Of a stretch of DNA of 64,000 nucleotides, positions 51,130 to 64,000 are shown piece after piece (the stretch's first letter is position 1; every line of letters starts with the position of its first letter). Under the pieces are notes generated by a model, which saw only the letters and a list, made by a program, of their open reading frames with translations, did no database searches and had not been told where the DNA came from. A program made the translations under genes and the position numbers. The DNA comes from Octopus sinensis (lineage: Eukaryota): assembly GCF_006345805.1 (NCBI RefSeq), contig NC_042997.1:164424001-164488000 (forward strand), in the 5' to 3' direction.

Positions 51130-53450
51130 ATAAATTTTATTTTATTGGCTGCCAACTGGCGGACTGTTATTAGCATTAAAGCTTGCTTTAGATTTATTGG
51201 AAATGATACTGGTTAAGTAGTGAGTTGGACAAAGCTGCCCGTCTAATATCTCAGATAAAAATTTGTCTAAACGTTCTTTGAACACATCCACTTCTCATAC
51301 AGCCCTGAAACCTTTTGGTGAGGTATTGAAAAGTTGGGGTGTTTGAACCCTAAGCTTTGGGTCCTTACTTTGGACTGAGACAACTAGGTCTTTTGTACAA
51401 GGCAGTGGCATCCAGTTCAGTGATTGGTATAGCTTTCTATCCTTAAGACGGTTACTAGACCTTCTAGGAACTTACATATAATCACAACATATCTTTCCCA
51501 TCTTATGTCTTCCATCTAAGAAGTAGAACCTCAATTCTTTTAGCCTCTCCCAGTAGCTCCTCTTTTGCATCAAAGCAATCTTGGTGTAGTGGCATTGGAT
51601 TGCCTCAAATTCTGCTGTTAGTCACCAGGATTACTACTTCTGATTATGATCACCACAAACGGAGAACAAATGTTCACGTGAGCAACAGTTTCCTTTTTCT
51701 GTGTTCTGACTATGAATGATCTCAAAATTTAAGAAATAATGTGCACATGAAATGAAACATCACAACTCATGCGGACACCTAGGTTATGCACTGGCTGACT
51801 CCAGGATTGAAACAGCTCATGTCCAGTGTATTCTGACAGCTATCCATTTGTGGGTCAATAGCAGTGTGCCTGAAGTTTGTTAGCATTGAACTACAGGATT
51901 TCTTGTATATTGTGTTCAGGTCTTTCTGTAGTTTTGAGTTAACGTTAAGGTCCTCGACTGCTTGTGATACTTTTGTATCATCAGTATAGCAAATGAGACT
52001 GACTGACTTTATGATAGAAGGTGCATATCTGAGAGAACCCCCAGTATAGTTCTTTGAGGGATCATCACTAGCTGCAACTCTCTGACTTCTATCTTTTGAA
52101 ACCATGCAGTCACTCCCCTAGTTTCTGAATGATACCAGTCACACATACTTTCTCATTCTTTTACTCATTTACTAGTTTCAGCTTGAGAAATGCAGCCATG
52201 CTGGTGTGACTGTTGAAGGCTTTGGTAAATTTGAGGTGTATCAGATCCACAGTTGATCTGCTGTTTCAGTATCCAGTCATAACGCTGTAGTGTATAAGAC
52301 AGCTCCTTCATGGATGGAATCCATGCTGTGTGTTAGTGAGAAAGCTATTTTCTTGTCTGAGCAGCAGGCCTGTACTTCTTACCAGCTGCTCTTCCATTGT
52401 GGTTAAGAAATATAATACGGAAGCGAGGAAATACTGGAAAAATACCTGCAGAGCTCTCTCATTGTTCTTTAAATGAATAATTTGTTAAGCCACCTGGGTA
52501 CATGCTAAGTTTGTGTGTTCAACTCCTCAATATTTGATATTATGTCTGTCTTTTTACATCAATGTAATTTATGGTCACATCCCACCCACCGTCCAATGTA
52601 GATCTTCAGTGTTGAAGAACTCATTAGGCTTGCTTATTTGAAGGCATCCCATTGAGGATGTGAAAACAGTTTACAATTGTTTATTTATTATTTCGTTTTC
52701 TGTATGCTGTCTGTCAGTGAGTTGGTTTCTTCAATCAGTGGCCCTGTTTTGTAGCACACAAAGGTATTTCTTTTGTAAATTTAAATGACTTAGGATTCAT
52801 TTTTATATTTTCAACTACCTGGTTTCTCTAACTTCGCTTTATTTTACATAGGAGAGTTTGAGTTCATTTTCTGTCTAAAAGTGCTTTTTTGAGGTGGGAC
52901 TTCTCACTGTTATTAAATTGTTCATTTAAGTGATTTGGGACCGCTAATTTTCATTTCATAAAGTCCCACATGTCTTGGGAAATGCTTTTGTGTGGCTCTT
53001 TTCTCTGGGACAGATTTAATGCATATGGCTTGCATTATTAACATAAATTCTGAGATTCATGCTAATGCCTTGCTTAGAGTCTTTTAGGCCAATTTTGTTT
53101 CAGGATCTCTTTTTGAATAGATTTCCAGTACAGTTTGGGTGCTTCTTGAGTAGTACACATCTTTAAATAATTTTGGAGCATAAATTGTTAGTTCTATTAT
53201 TTGTGGTCTGAGAAAATTGTTGGCAACACCATACCTTCACACTGAAGATAAATTCCATGTTATTGGTGAAACCAAGATCTAAGATGTTGTTCCTTGTTGG
53301 GAACAATATATTTTGTACCATATTATTTTTTTACAAAAGCAAGCAATGATTTTGCAAGATTCTGTTTTTTTTGCATGTCAGGCTATTTGATATTGAGAAG
53401 TTGGAGTTACACATCAGAAGTACCTTAGAGATTTGATTTAGTTTCATTAT
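51130..53450 (-). mobile_element. Degenerate CR1/L2-group LINE
   Basis: ORF 51779-52105 has CYTDDTKVSQAVEDLNVNSKLQKDLNTIYK, the CR1-type YADDTK...LQ.DLD.IY.W pattern. A related 3' fragment lies at about 57600-58090. Boundaries approximate. Confidence 0.7.
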
Positions 53451-54816
53451 TACTTCTTAAAGCTTTCTGCAAACTTTTCATTATGATTTGAGGAAGCAGG
53501 CGAATGATAGTGTGCTAATTACCACATAAATTTGCTTTATATGCACTATGAGTATGTCACAAACTGAATTTCAGTGTGAAACAGAATTAAATGTGTGATA
53601 TCTTCCCTAATGTATATGGCCACTCCCCTATGACTTTTCTTTTTCTCTTCTGCCACTACAAAACACAACATACTTAGATATATATGTATATCTGCATCAT
53701 ATGTCAGTAGATAGATGTGTTCTGGTACATACTATGCACATTTCCTGACTGCAGGCAGGTGTGTGTTTGTAGAAACTGTTACAAACCAATCATTGAGAAT
53801 TCTGAATACATTTAACACATATATTGCAAGTGGTATAACAATTGTAACATAAGCAGAAGACTCATCAGTCAATTACAAATGTGCATGTGTGTACATATGT
53901 ACAAATGTTTATGTGGTTTGCGTGTGAATGTCTATGTATTGCTACCCAGAACCATTTCCCTTGTTAGCCAGTTTTCATTTATTATTATTATTATTCCCTA
54001 CCGGCTTGTTACACTGATCCACTAAATTCTCTCATGTACAAACCTGCCTCTCCCTCAACTCACACCTTCTGTAACCTGACCACATGTCATTTCTCTTGTC
54101 CGCCTGCTGTTCTTACTCTGTTCACTTCTGCATCTCTGTAATTTCCCCAACTCATGTATCAATACTCATCCCTCATTTCCTACATTCACCCATCAACTCT
54201 AGTTGTTTCCTCCCTTCTCTCGCCCCTCCATATATTCTTGCAAACACCCCATCCACATTTCTAGTTCCTGTCTCACTCCTGATCATCTCATACATGCCCG
54301 AGAGGCCACCTGAACACCTCATCACCAATATTTCTTTGCAGCTCCATTACAAGAACCTGCTATACACCACCCACTTCTCTCAAAAGCCAACCCTCTTCTC
54401 AAGTTTCAAAGTCTTGCAAGCTGCAGGCAACCTCACATAATACACACTGTAAAGTGGTTAGCATGAGGAAAGGCATCCAACTGTAGAAACCAAGCCAAAG
54501 CCGGAACTGGAGAATAATGCAGCCCTTGGACCCAGTGGATCCTGTCAAACTGTCCAGTCCAGCAAGGAACATGGACAATAAATAAAACCTGCACAGATGA
54601 TTTGTTTATGACCAAATGCTTATACTGTACATTAAGCTCATTCCCTCCAATAAAATGACATTACCTGTAAAGGCACATGGTGTGCCATACGTCAGATGTC
54701 AAACTGATTGCAGAGTGGTGTGAAATGAAGTGAATTGCACAAGGATACAACACACTGCCTGGTCCAGGAATCAAAACCACAACTTTAGGATGGTGAGTAC
54801 AACATATATATGCATG

Positions 54817-54848
<32 letters not shown>

Positions 54849-55042
54849 GGCTGCACATATATACGCATGTGTATGTGTATATATGGTAGAGGGGTATTTG
54901 AGGCTACTTAATTGTCAGTATATTTACACTCTTCAGACCAATAAAAAAATATTTTTATTTCGTTCTGATCCCCTGTGGCAGAAAAATTCTTACAACTAGA
55001 AATGAAAGACATGCAGTCATTGTTGCTTTTGTGTGTGCTTAC

Positions 55043-55086
55043 TTTCTATATGTTACAAAGTTCAGATGGCCCTGGAAGCCTTTCAA
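55043..55086 (-). other. Candidate 44-nt poison/cryptic exon in the long RXR intron
   Basis: Very strong acceptor TTTTTTTTTCTCCCTTTTATACAG at 55087 and donor AAA|GTAAGC at 55042. In phase 1 it reads (V)ERLPGPSELCNI* with an in-frame TAG. Confidence 0.35.
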
Positions 55087-55929
55087 CTGTATAAAAGGGA
55101 GAAAAAAAAATCTAAACATTCAGACACTATAAGGACACGACAATTCACCCAATGGGTTCAAAGCATTATTGAAGGCGATCACCAAAGAATTTCAGATGTC
55201 AGATTGGACTCTCAAAACAATAATCAACAAGGACATTCAACACAAGTCATAAAAGCTTAAGGTTTAACTCTTACAAACAAGGTTTTCTTTGGTTCTTCTC
55301 TGATGAGAAATGCACTTTCCAAGACCAAAGGTCTAACAGGAAATGATAGATGGTTATGTGCCAATCCTTTTGATATCCCCAGAGTGATGTACACAAAGTT
55401 TACAGTGACGGTGACGGCTTTAGGAGAAGTAAATGAAGGTCATGTCATGTCACCTAACCTCTTTCTGCTTGGTCTTATATTTAATGTTACTGGTACATAG
55501 TGGAAAACCATATCTGCTCCAGCAATTTCTCACAAAGCTCACATAACTCAAGAATGGATCACAATCTTTATGATCATATAACACCAAACTTGTGGGCCCC
55601 CAAACTCGCCAGATTTAAATTGGGTAAATACATTTAAAGCCTTGTTGAAAGGGAGACTTAATTAACAACCTCAGCTTCACCGAAGGCTGCCATCAAGATA
55701 ATGACCAAAATGAATAAGGACCATTTAGTGTAAGCATCTCAACAATTTCAATCCCACAGTAAAGTACTCATTGAAGCTGAAACCATAGAATATAACATTA
55801 AGAATGTGCACAAATTTTTATTAAAATACATTTGGTTTCTTGAGAGATTAGAATTGTTTTATTTAATTACCAAATATATCCTCAAATACTTTTGTGTGTG
55901 CGTGATGAATATATATATGCATGTAATGT

Positions 55930-57270
55930 ACATACACACATATATATCATTTAGCAACCATGTTCTATGCCGGCATGGATTGGATGTCTTGACAGGATCT
56001 AAAAGATCCAAGGACTATGACTGTTTTAGCATGGTTTCTACAACTGAGTGGCTTTCTTAACTACTTTACAGTGTGTAATGGGTACCATTTTCATGACACT
56101 GGCACCAGTGAGGTCTCTATGCAGCTCACAATTATAACATTGCCTCTGAGTAGGACAAAAGTAGAAATAGAGAGTTTTAAGAAGGATGGATGGATATCAA
56201 GTGAAATGGTTCTGGATAGGGAAGAAAAGTTCTTACGGGGAAAAGCTGAAATAAGCATTTCTGCTCATGATTACAACAAAATATAATTAGGTAGGTGATG
56301 GGGATGGTTTGAAGAAATGGTGAGAGACCCAATTGTTCACACATGCAGTGCTTCTAGAGGTTCAGTTTCACCAAAATGGTATGGTCTTCCCGTATAATGC
56401 ATACTGCCAGTCATCTTAGTCCTTTGCCATTTCTGTAAGGGTGAAGGTGCTGAGATCAGCCTTCCACAATCCATCCCATATTTCTTGGATCTCCCTCTTC
56501 CACAAGCTCCATCCACATTAATAGACTGGCACCTACCTACACAACTGCCTGCATCCATATGCACAAATACATATCAGTGTTGTCCAATTCCTCTTATGCC
56601 TATGCCTTTTCCCCCTCACCCTGAAAGAAAAGACCTTCATTACCAGTAGTAGTAACAGCTCCTCGAAATTTCTCCACCTTATCTTTACTCTGGCTTATAT
56701 ACTTTTTTAACAACTACCTCTTCTGCTAATTACATCTAGGTAACAAAAGCTACCAACTACTTCTAGTAAACCACCATGGCGTCTATGAGAACATGGTGTG
56801 CCCATAGCACATTTGCCCCAGTGTATTCATCACATTCAAAGCTTATCTTCTGTTTGTCTGCCTTCATTCCACTATATTTTCTTATGTTCACTACATACAT
56901 TGGGTACAGAGTATGGAGTTCATACCTATTCCTTTTCTACATACCAAGCAAACTCACTTCCCTAAAGATACTAGGTTCCTGTCTTCTTTCTTAGTTACTG
57001 AAATCATCTTTGCTTAGTTTCCTTTGGAGCCTCCTAGTTCTAGGTTTAGCTTTCATTCCTGGAATTTCCTTGCTAACTCCACTATAGATTCAGTCATGAG
57101 AACTAGATCATTAACATATAGAAGTTCCATGGACAGCCAGTCTTAAACCCCTTTGAACTCTTGTGATGGCTCATAGGTCTAAGGTGAATAGGAGAGGACT
57201 GAGTCTTGATGGACTCCTACCTTCAGGTTAATTTCATTAATGAAATTGTTAACTCACTTTTTGCATTTTT
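55930..57270 (-). mobile_element. RTE-type LINE, copy 3 (heavily degenerate)
   Basis: Minus-strand remnants GVHQDSVLS and ELLYVNDLVLMTESIVELARKFQE, C-terminal VDGACGRGRSKK, and family 3' end at about 55950-56100. Confidence 0.7.
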
Positions 57271-59856
57271 GTACACAGTTTGTACAACCCTAAATAAGCT
57301 GTGTGTGTACATGCTAATATGTATACACATACATCTGTTCATATAGATTTGCACACAGTTTTACCTTACATATGTACATATATTACTTATATAAATTTTT
57401 ACTTTAATTGTTACTAGTTTCAGCCAGAGGCTGTGATCATACTAGAGCAATATCATATGTATGATTGCTAGTTTATTTCATTTCATGTACACATACCTTG
57501 TTCCAAGTTGCATTCACATGAATCAGTGAGTTGGACAATGGTTCCTTCATTTGTGTTTCTTCTTGTGATATGGATTTATCTAGTAACTCAATATAAACAT
57601 GTCAAAGTGTTTTTTGAGCATATCCATGTCTACACATCATAGACAAGGCCCCACCCACCAAATGTTAAAAAGCTATAGGCCTTCAACACAAAACTGCTAC
57701 AATATTGGGTCCTCAGTGTAGACGGAGAAGTTGGGATCTTTTGGCACTATACAGTGGTATCCAGTTTAAGGGATAGATTTCAATCTTAAAATTAGGTGCT
57801 AAACCCTCCAGGTTCTTCTGTACCACTGCCTATCATTCCTGCCTTCACTCTAGAGAGTAGAACCTCTTTAAGTTTCTTCCAGTTACTTAGCTGGTACAGT
57901 AAGGCAATGTTCTTGGTGTAACAGCATTAGAATGCCAGAATCACCAGCGTTAGTTTGACACTAAATGGTGACTATACCTATACAGACATGTCCATGGTAA
58001 ATAGATACACATAATCTTTACTTAACACTGAAAACCAGCAACAGGTACCATCCCTATGGATCTTCAAGATCAAATCTGATCAATAATTCTCCACTAAATG
58101 TAATTAAAAATCTCTATAAAAGTGTGTGTGTGTGTGTGTGTGAAAATAAGAGCTTTTGTGTAAATCCCCCACCACCACTTGATAACTTGCATTGACTTGT
58201 TTACATCCATGCAGCTTAGCAGTTCAGCAAAAGAGACCAATAGAACAAGTACCAGACTTAAAAATATAAGTACTGGGGTCAATTTGTTTAAACAAACCCT
58301 TCTAGGCAGTGCCCTGCAGTCCAATGACTGAAACATGCAAAAGTGCATACACATAAAAAATTATTAATAGGTGCAAGAGCAGATTTTAGTCAAATCAATC
58401 ACAGTTACAGGTTGAATTGATTTGTCCCAACAAATATTGTTCAAAATTGCATCAGGTACAAAAAAGTAAATGCCTCAATGGTTGAAACAACTGACAAAGT
58501 GGCTGGTATCATAGTTCTCAACCCACATCAAATTTATTTCATAGCTGATTATATCCTTTCTAAGAAGTAGCTTTCCAGGCAGTGCTGAGTTTCAATGTTG
58601 TTGCTTTGTACATGCAAAAAGTAGCTAGTAAATCAAAGTTGGCTGCAACTACCAGACTAGATTTTAGGCAATTATCTAGACGGATTAGTCTAGTTTTTAA
58701 TGAGAATATAATGAATATATTTACAAATTTTTGAAACCCAACAAAAGAAAAACAAAATAGCTATAAATTTGCTTTTAAAAACATTACTTCATTAATAAAG
58801 TTTAAAACAGGAAATATCTAATAAGGCATTAATAAATCAATGGCAAAACTTTGTAATGGTGGGGTGGGAGAACACTGCAATTCATTATGCATACCCTATT
58901 CTAGAAATATCAGAACATTACTAGGTCTTCAATGTAAACTGAAGTTGAGGTGCATTCTTTTTTCTCTCAGTGAGTTGGTATGGAAAAAAAAAAAAAAAAC
59001 AGAAAAAGAAAAAGAAAAAAGCAATTATTCAAAATTATTAATAATAATAATAATAATAATAATAATTGTGTACAGTGCTCAGGTGCACTATCAGAGTACT
59101 AACAAAATGTATATCAACTATATCGCTATAGTAGAGAGGTTAGTACATCCTAAAGTTAAATTTATAACTGAATTTTCCTAATGTAGGAAAACACTGGTAG
59201 AAGATTCAGAATCAAATACAAAAACTTATTTATGTTCACTGAGAATAGAAAATTAATCCTCATCATAATTTAGTCTGCTGGTATGGGTTGGGCAGTTTGA
59301 TAAGCTCTGGTAATTTGCTTTAGCATGGTTTCTATGGCTAGATGTAAATAATTAGCAAGGAAGCAGTACCTAGGCAAGATAAAATTTTCCAGTTTAAATT
59401 GCAAAACTTTTAACTTTCTTATTAAATCATTAATGCATTTCTTCAATAGATATATTCCTTTGTAATTTCAATTAAAAACATGGTACCTTATATACCAGAT
59501 ATCTTTCTCTTCACTATATACATCACAGAAGGCTTAATTGAAAATAAAAATATTTTCTTAGGAACTTTTGACACTGAATTGCTTAAGATAATGTCAAGAG
59601 TGTGTTTTGGGACACCATTCCTAAACTAGTAACCACAACTGCAAATATATTAAAGACATTGCTGCATTAAGAATAACAAAAAGGTTTGATACTTTACAAA
59701 TCAATAGAATGCATTATGAATTCGGATGCATAGGATTTCAAAAGTAAAATATTTAATCTCCAGTTCATTCCTGACTGATCAGACTTTATAGCCAAATACA
59801 CTGTTGCTATAATTTACTGTCTTCGTTTCATGTTTGTTTGTGTTTTTTCTGGCGTA

Positions 59857-59877
59857 GGGTGGGGAGGGGGGTGGGGG
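59857..59877 (+). other. G-quadruplex-forming motif
   Basis: GGG-T-GGGG-A-GGGGGG-T-GGGGG: four G-tracts separated by 1-nt loops. Confidence 0.7.
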
Positions 59878-62800
59878 CTATTTTACGCTGTGTATCTAAA
59901 ACTAGACTTTTTAATGTGGCAATATTTTTCTTTTCTTTTAAAAAACTATGGTGTGGCTTGACAAAAAAAAAACTGGTTACCAAATAAATATACCGAGGAT
60001 TCCCATTGTTAGCTCACCAACACAAATAGGCAAATAGAAATAATGCTAATAAAAATATAGATTAAATAGTTACAATGTGTCTTAGTATCTACAATACCTA
60101 CAATGACGCAGCTCTAATATACATTTTCTCAATATTGTAAAAACTTAAAGCAATACATTAAAAAAGTTGGAAACTTTAAACAGACAAACCCTACTATTCT
60201 CTCACTGGAAAAAAAAAAAAAAACTGAAGAGTTCAGGTAATTTACTATTCAACAAAATAAACAATGGTACACAATTTTGCAATACTATTTTCATAACTAG
60301 CTAATTCAATATTTTGTTTATTAGTTTTTGTTTTTTTTTAATTGTTAACTTCTAGTTGAATTGTTTATATTAAACCCCTTTAAGAAAAAAAAAGGTTTAC
60401 GAAGTATTTAATTGAAAATATAATATTAGTTTTTCCCATGGATCAGTCTAACAACAGTATCTCCGGAAGTATAAAGGCACATTCAATACATTAAGAATTT
60501 AGAAGATCTCCTACTGCCATCATCTAGCTTACTGTATAGTTTGAAACAATTTCTAAAATGTTATAGAATTAGAAAAATTTGTAAATGTTTTCATTTCCAT
60601 AATTACAAAGAAATGTAGATTTTATTTTTGCATTCACAGGAATTTTATTCAAAGGTGAAAAAAAGAAAAACCCGTTCAGTGCCATTGTTAATTTGAGAGG
60701 TTGACAGCATGTTACATACTAAGAATAAAAACATTTGTAGAAAGAATTCATTGTTTATGAATACATTTTTATGAAGAAACAGGAATATGCTTATGTGCGA
60801 AGATTCATAAAGAATATTAAGAGCAATATGTTACATGAGAAAAAAAAAAATTTTTAGGAGAGAAGATAAAAGAAAAAACTCTCAACACCGTAACACCGAG
60901 TTTTCTCTAATGAACTCTTGTCTTATTTACATGTCTCTTGTCACCATCACAATATGCTTCCATCAGATGACAAGTCAGCAAAATGAAATACTGCTATTAA
61001 TTAAAGATCAATTTTATCTGAATGAAGTGAAATCATGTAAGTATAAATAAATGTATGCCCACTCTAATGCACATATGCATCAAGTGAAAGTATGGGCATA
61101 TGTGCACATACGTATTTTACCAGCTGCATGTATCTGTACATGTGTGTGTACTTGTGCACATCTGTATGTATGGCAGTTATGATATAAAGCAAATGGCAAG
61201 TAAGTGATAAGATGAATAAATGCAACTAGATACTAGTTTAATGGTTCAAGCAGTCTTATCAGCAGATGAATTGAGGTTGACTCAGCACTAAGAAATTAAT
61301 GAATGATTTACAATATTAAGGGGCCTACCTTTAAAGTCTCGTTCTTTCCCCTGTCTTGACACATCTTTTAAAAAAAAAAATAAAAAATATATATTATAAT
61401 CAGAAAGTTACTAATCTTCTGATCCCTTAAAAGAAAATAAGGGTTTCTTCCATCTCAAATATTTTAACACAGATTCAAATTAATCTGTAATAAAATGGAA
61501 GCTCGTAAGTGTTTAACAAAGTCTAAATTGTGCCAAAATATTGGACGGTTGTGTAAGAGGCTTGGCCTGAAATCAACGGAAAAAAGGGAAAATAAAAATG
61601 AAGTAAAATAAACAAAATGGGAAAAATTATATATTTTAGTTTCAGTATTAAAATTAAATAATATAGAACATGACCAAGCCAATCTATGTATATATATGTA
61701 TAAAATAAATATATACATACATAAACTAGGACTGCTAAATGATAAGTGCAGTTTATAGTCAAGCTGGGTGTGAGGGGTAAGGAACAAGAAATGTTTGAAG
61801 CAATAATAGCGTGTTGTGTAGTTTCATTCAAGCCACAGCAGATTCGTCAAAGCTAAGAGGTTAGCTTAAGGCAAAGTCACAAGGACAACTAGTTGCAATA
61901 GTTTAAATACAGAAGTTTTAGGATAATTAAAAAGGGAGGGAGAAAATGACACCTAAACGAAGCTAAACATTACTACTTTTAGTTTTAGTAGAAAAAATTA
62001 GAATGGATGTATTAAACTTAAATGCTAAAGGTAATCTTAAATTTTTTTTTAAATTTAGTTTTTTTTTTATTAAAATTTTATTAGATAAATGAAAAATAAT
62101 TTTAAAAAATAAAAAAAACCTGCCGGTTACAATTTACATCTAATGTATAACCAAATATGCTTTTGAGTCACTAAGCACAATTTTCATAGCCTGGAAAAAC
62201 TATAAAGAGTGGAATATTATGGATAAAAAATAAATAATTTGAAATTTCTTTTTTTCCAACTAGTTATTAAATATAAAGAAATGAATAGTACATGCTGGAA
62301 TAACAAATAGTTGGGATATGGGTGAAAAGGCACATGCCATGTCTTCCCGAAAACAAAAAGAATGGTACTGTGATGGTGCCAGTGACTGGTGTTTATAGGT
62401 AGTACCTACAAATTATTATTGGTGAGAGAGATTAGAAAAATAGAAGGCAGTGAATGGAGAAGAATTATTATAAACAAGAAATTATAATAGATTAATGGCT
62501 GTATTTGTTTGTAGTATGTGTTTCACTCATGACTAAAGGATATCATCAAATGTGCTGTTAAGTGTTTAAGAAAAGGACTAGGCAGGTTTTGAAATGTTCC
62601 CCACATTTTAAATTTGTAAGGGATAAAAAGATAGAAAATAATCAAAAAATGTTAATCTGTTTCTTTTTTCATCATTAAAGATTACAGATTAAATATATAC
62701 AAGATACATTTTATTTTCTAAATGCAAAAAAGTAAAAAAAGAAAAAAAAAACGAGTAATTATAGTTAAAGCTCTAGTATTGATCTGTAGTTTAAAAGAAT

Positions 62801-63492
62801 TTCATAAACGCAGAAAACACACGCACGTGTGTAGGAACACAAATAAACATATAAAATAAAATACTGCAGCATAAATTTGTTTTCAAGAAATTCTGTCAAT
62901 GCATGTAGGTGTCTGAGTGTATGTGTAATCAATCATCTGATAACCTTTAGATTCCCAATCATGGCTAAGCTTCCAGTTCTTTAAACTTTGCAAATTTTGC
63001 AGTTTCTGATCATTAAATACATGAACTCCCATATACCTACCATCACCACCACCAGAAAAAAAAAGTAATGCACATAAAAATGAAGAGAAAATTTTAAAAT
63101 CCTTTTAAAATCTTCCCTATTAGTTTAGCAGCCATCACACACAAACACTTATTACTGAAGGACAGAAGAGAAAATAAGGAAAAAATTTTAAAAGAAAATC
63201 TGCTTTCAAGACACATTTTTCCAAGTCCTTTTAGGAAATCTGATATCGTAAGTACTCAGTGACAGTGCAATTATCTAAAGACAGAATCATTTTCCAACCA
63301 AGAAAATTATGCAAGCTGTTTATATCTAATAACATTTAATTATTTGCCAAGAAAATATACACATAAGACACATACATCTATGTATTCTATGTGCTACTCC
63401 CTTACATGAAATATCAAAATATTTGTAGTAATAAATGAACATGAAAAAACCTGCAAGTAATCGGTGTGTGTATATATATATTGGATAGTCTA

Positions 63493-63524
<32 letters not shown>

Positions 63525-64000
63525 GTGTGTAAAACAATGTGTTTATGTGCTAGTATATAGGCATATAGATCTGTGTGAATGTGTAGGGACAGGTATGGTT
63601 ATGTATTCAAGAAACTTAGCTCCCCGACAAGTTTCAGGTTAAGTCTCACAGGTGTCTACTATAGCCCCAGGTTGATTAAAGCCTTGTGAAGGAATTTGAT
63701 AAATAGAAAATGAAAGAAGCCCATTATGTGTATTCTTAAAAATGATGTGATTGTTGTAAACAAGGCATCCAAGCTGGGCCATTTGTCTCCAATCAGCCAT
63801 GGGAAAATACAGCCTTCCTTGAGACAAGGGCAGATTGGACAGAGGAAGGGCATCTAACCATAGAAAATCTATTTACTAAGAATTTTATCTGACCCATGCA
63901 AGCAAGTTAAGCAGGAATTAAAACGACACTATGTATACAAATGATATAAATGCATGCCTGTGTTATTCGTGTATACACATATATATATATATTTATACAC

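Overview
AT-rich (roughly one-third GC), repeat-dense eukaryotic genomic DNA. The SINE/LINE/microsatellite content and the mollusc-type receptor sequence suggest an Octopus genome (inference). The window is dominated by the 3' half of a retinoid X receptor (RXR/NR2B) gene on the minus strand. Four constitutive coding exons were read with GT-AG boundaries and consistent phases: hinge 23833-23981; LBD 8982-9108, 7749-7973 and 5740-5993 (stop TAG). I found no DNA-binding-domain exon, so it probably lies beyond 64,000, leaving an intron of more than 40 kb. At the left end is the terminal exon of a convergent plus-strand gene with an RGG/Gly-Tyr-rich tail (DHX9-like, tentative). The introns contain RTE-type LINEs (one young copy with a nearly intact RT ORF carrying a PHD-type finger), CR1-like and Penelope-like remnants, tRNA-derived SINEs, two Tc1/mariner-superfamily remnants (DD41D-like and DD36E-like), piggyBac-type MITEs and very long TA/TACA microsatellites. 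Main leads: (1) a 48-nt in-frame candidate cassette exon in the RXR helix1-helix3 loop, absent from the ORF track; (2) a Cys-to-Phe change next to the ligand pocket; (3) a 44-nt candidate poison exon; (4) a CpG-undepleted 1.3-kb segment that truncates two transposons and is open in frame with a DD36E transposase C-terminus; (5) a composite piggyBac-ended 2-kb unit. No rRNA, tRNA gene or CRISPR array was seen. All alignments and counts were done by eye.
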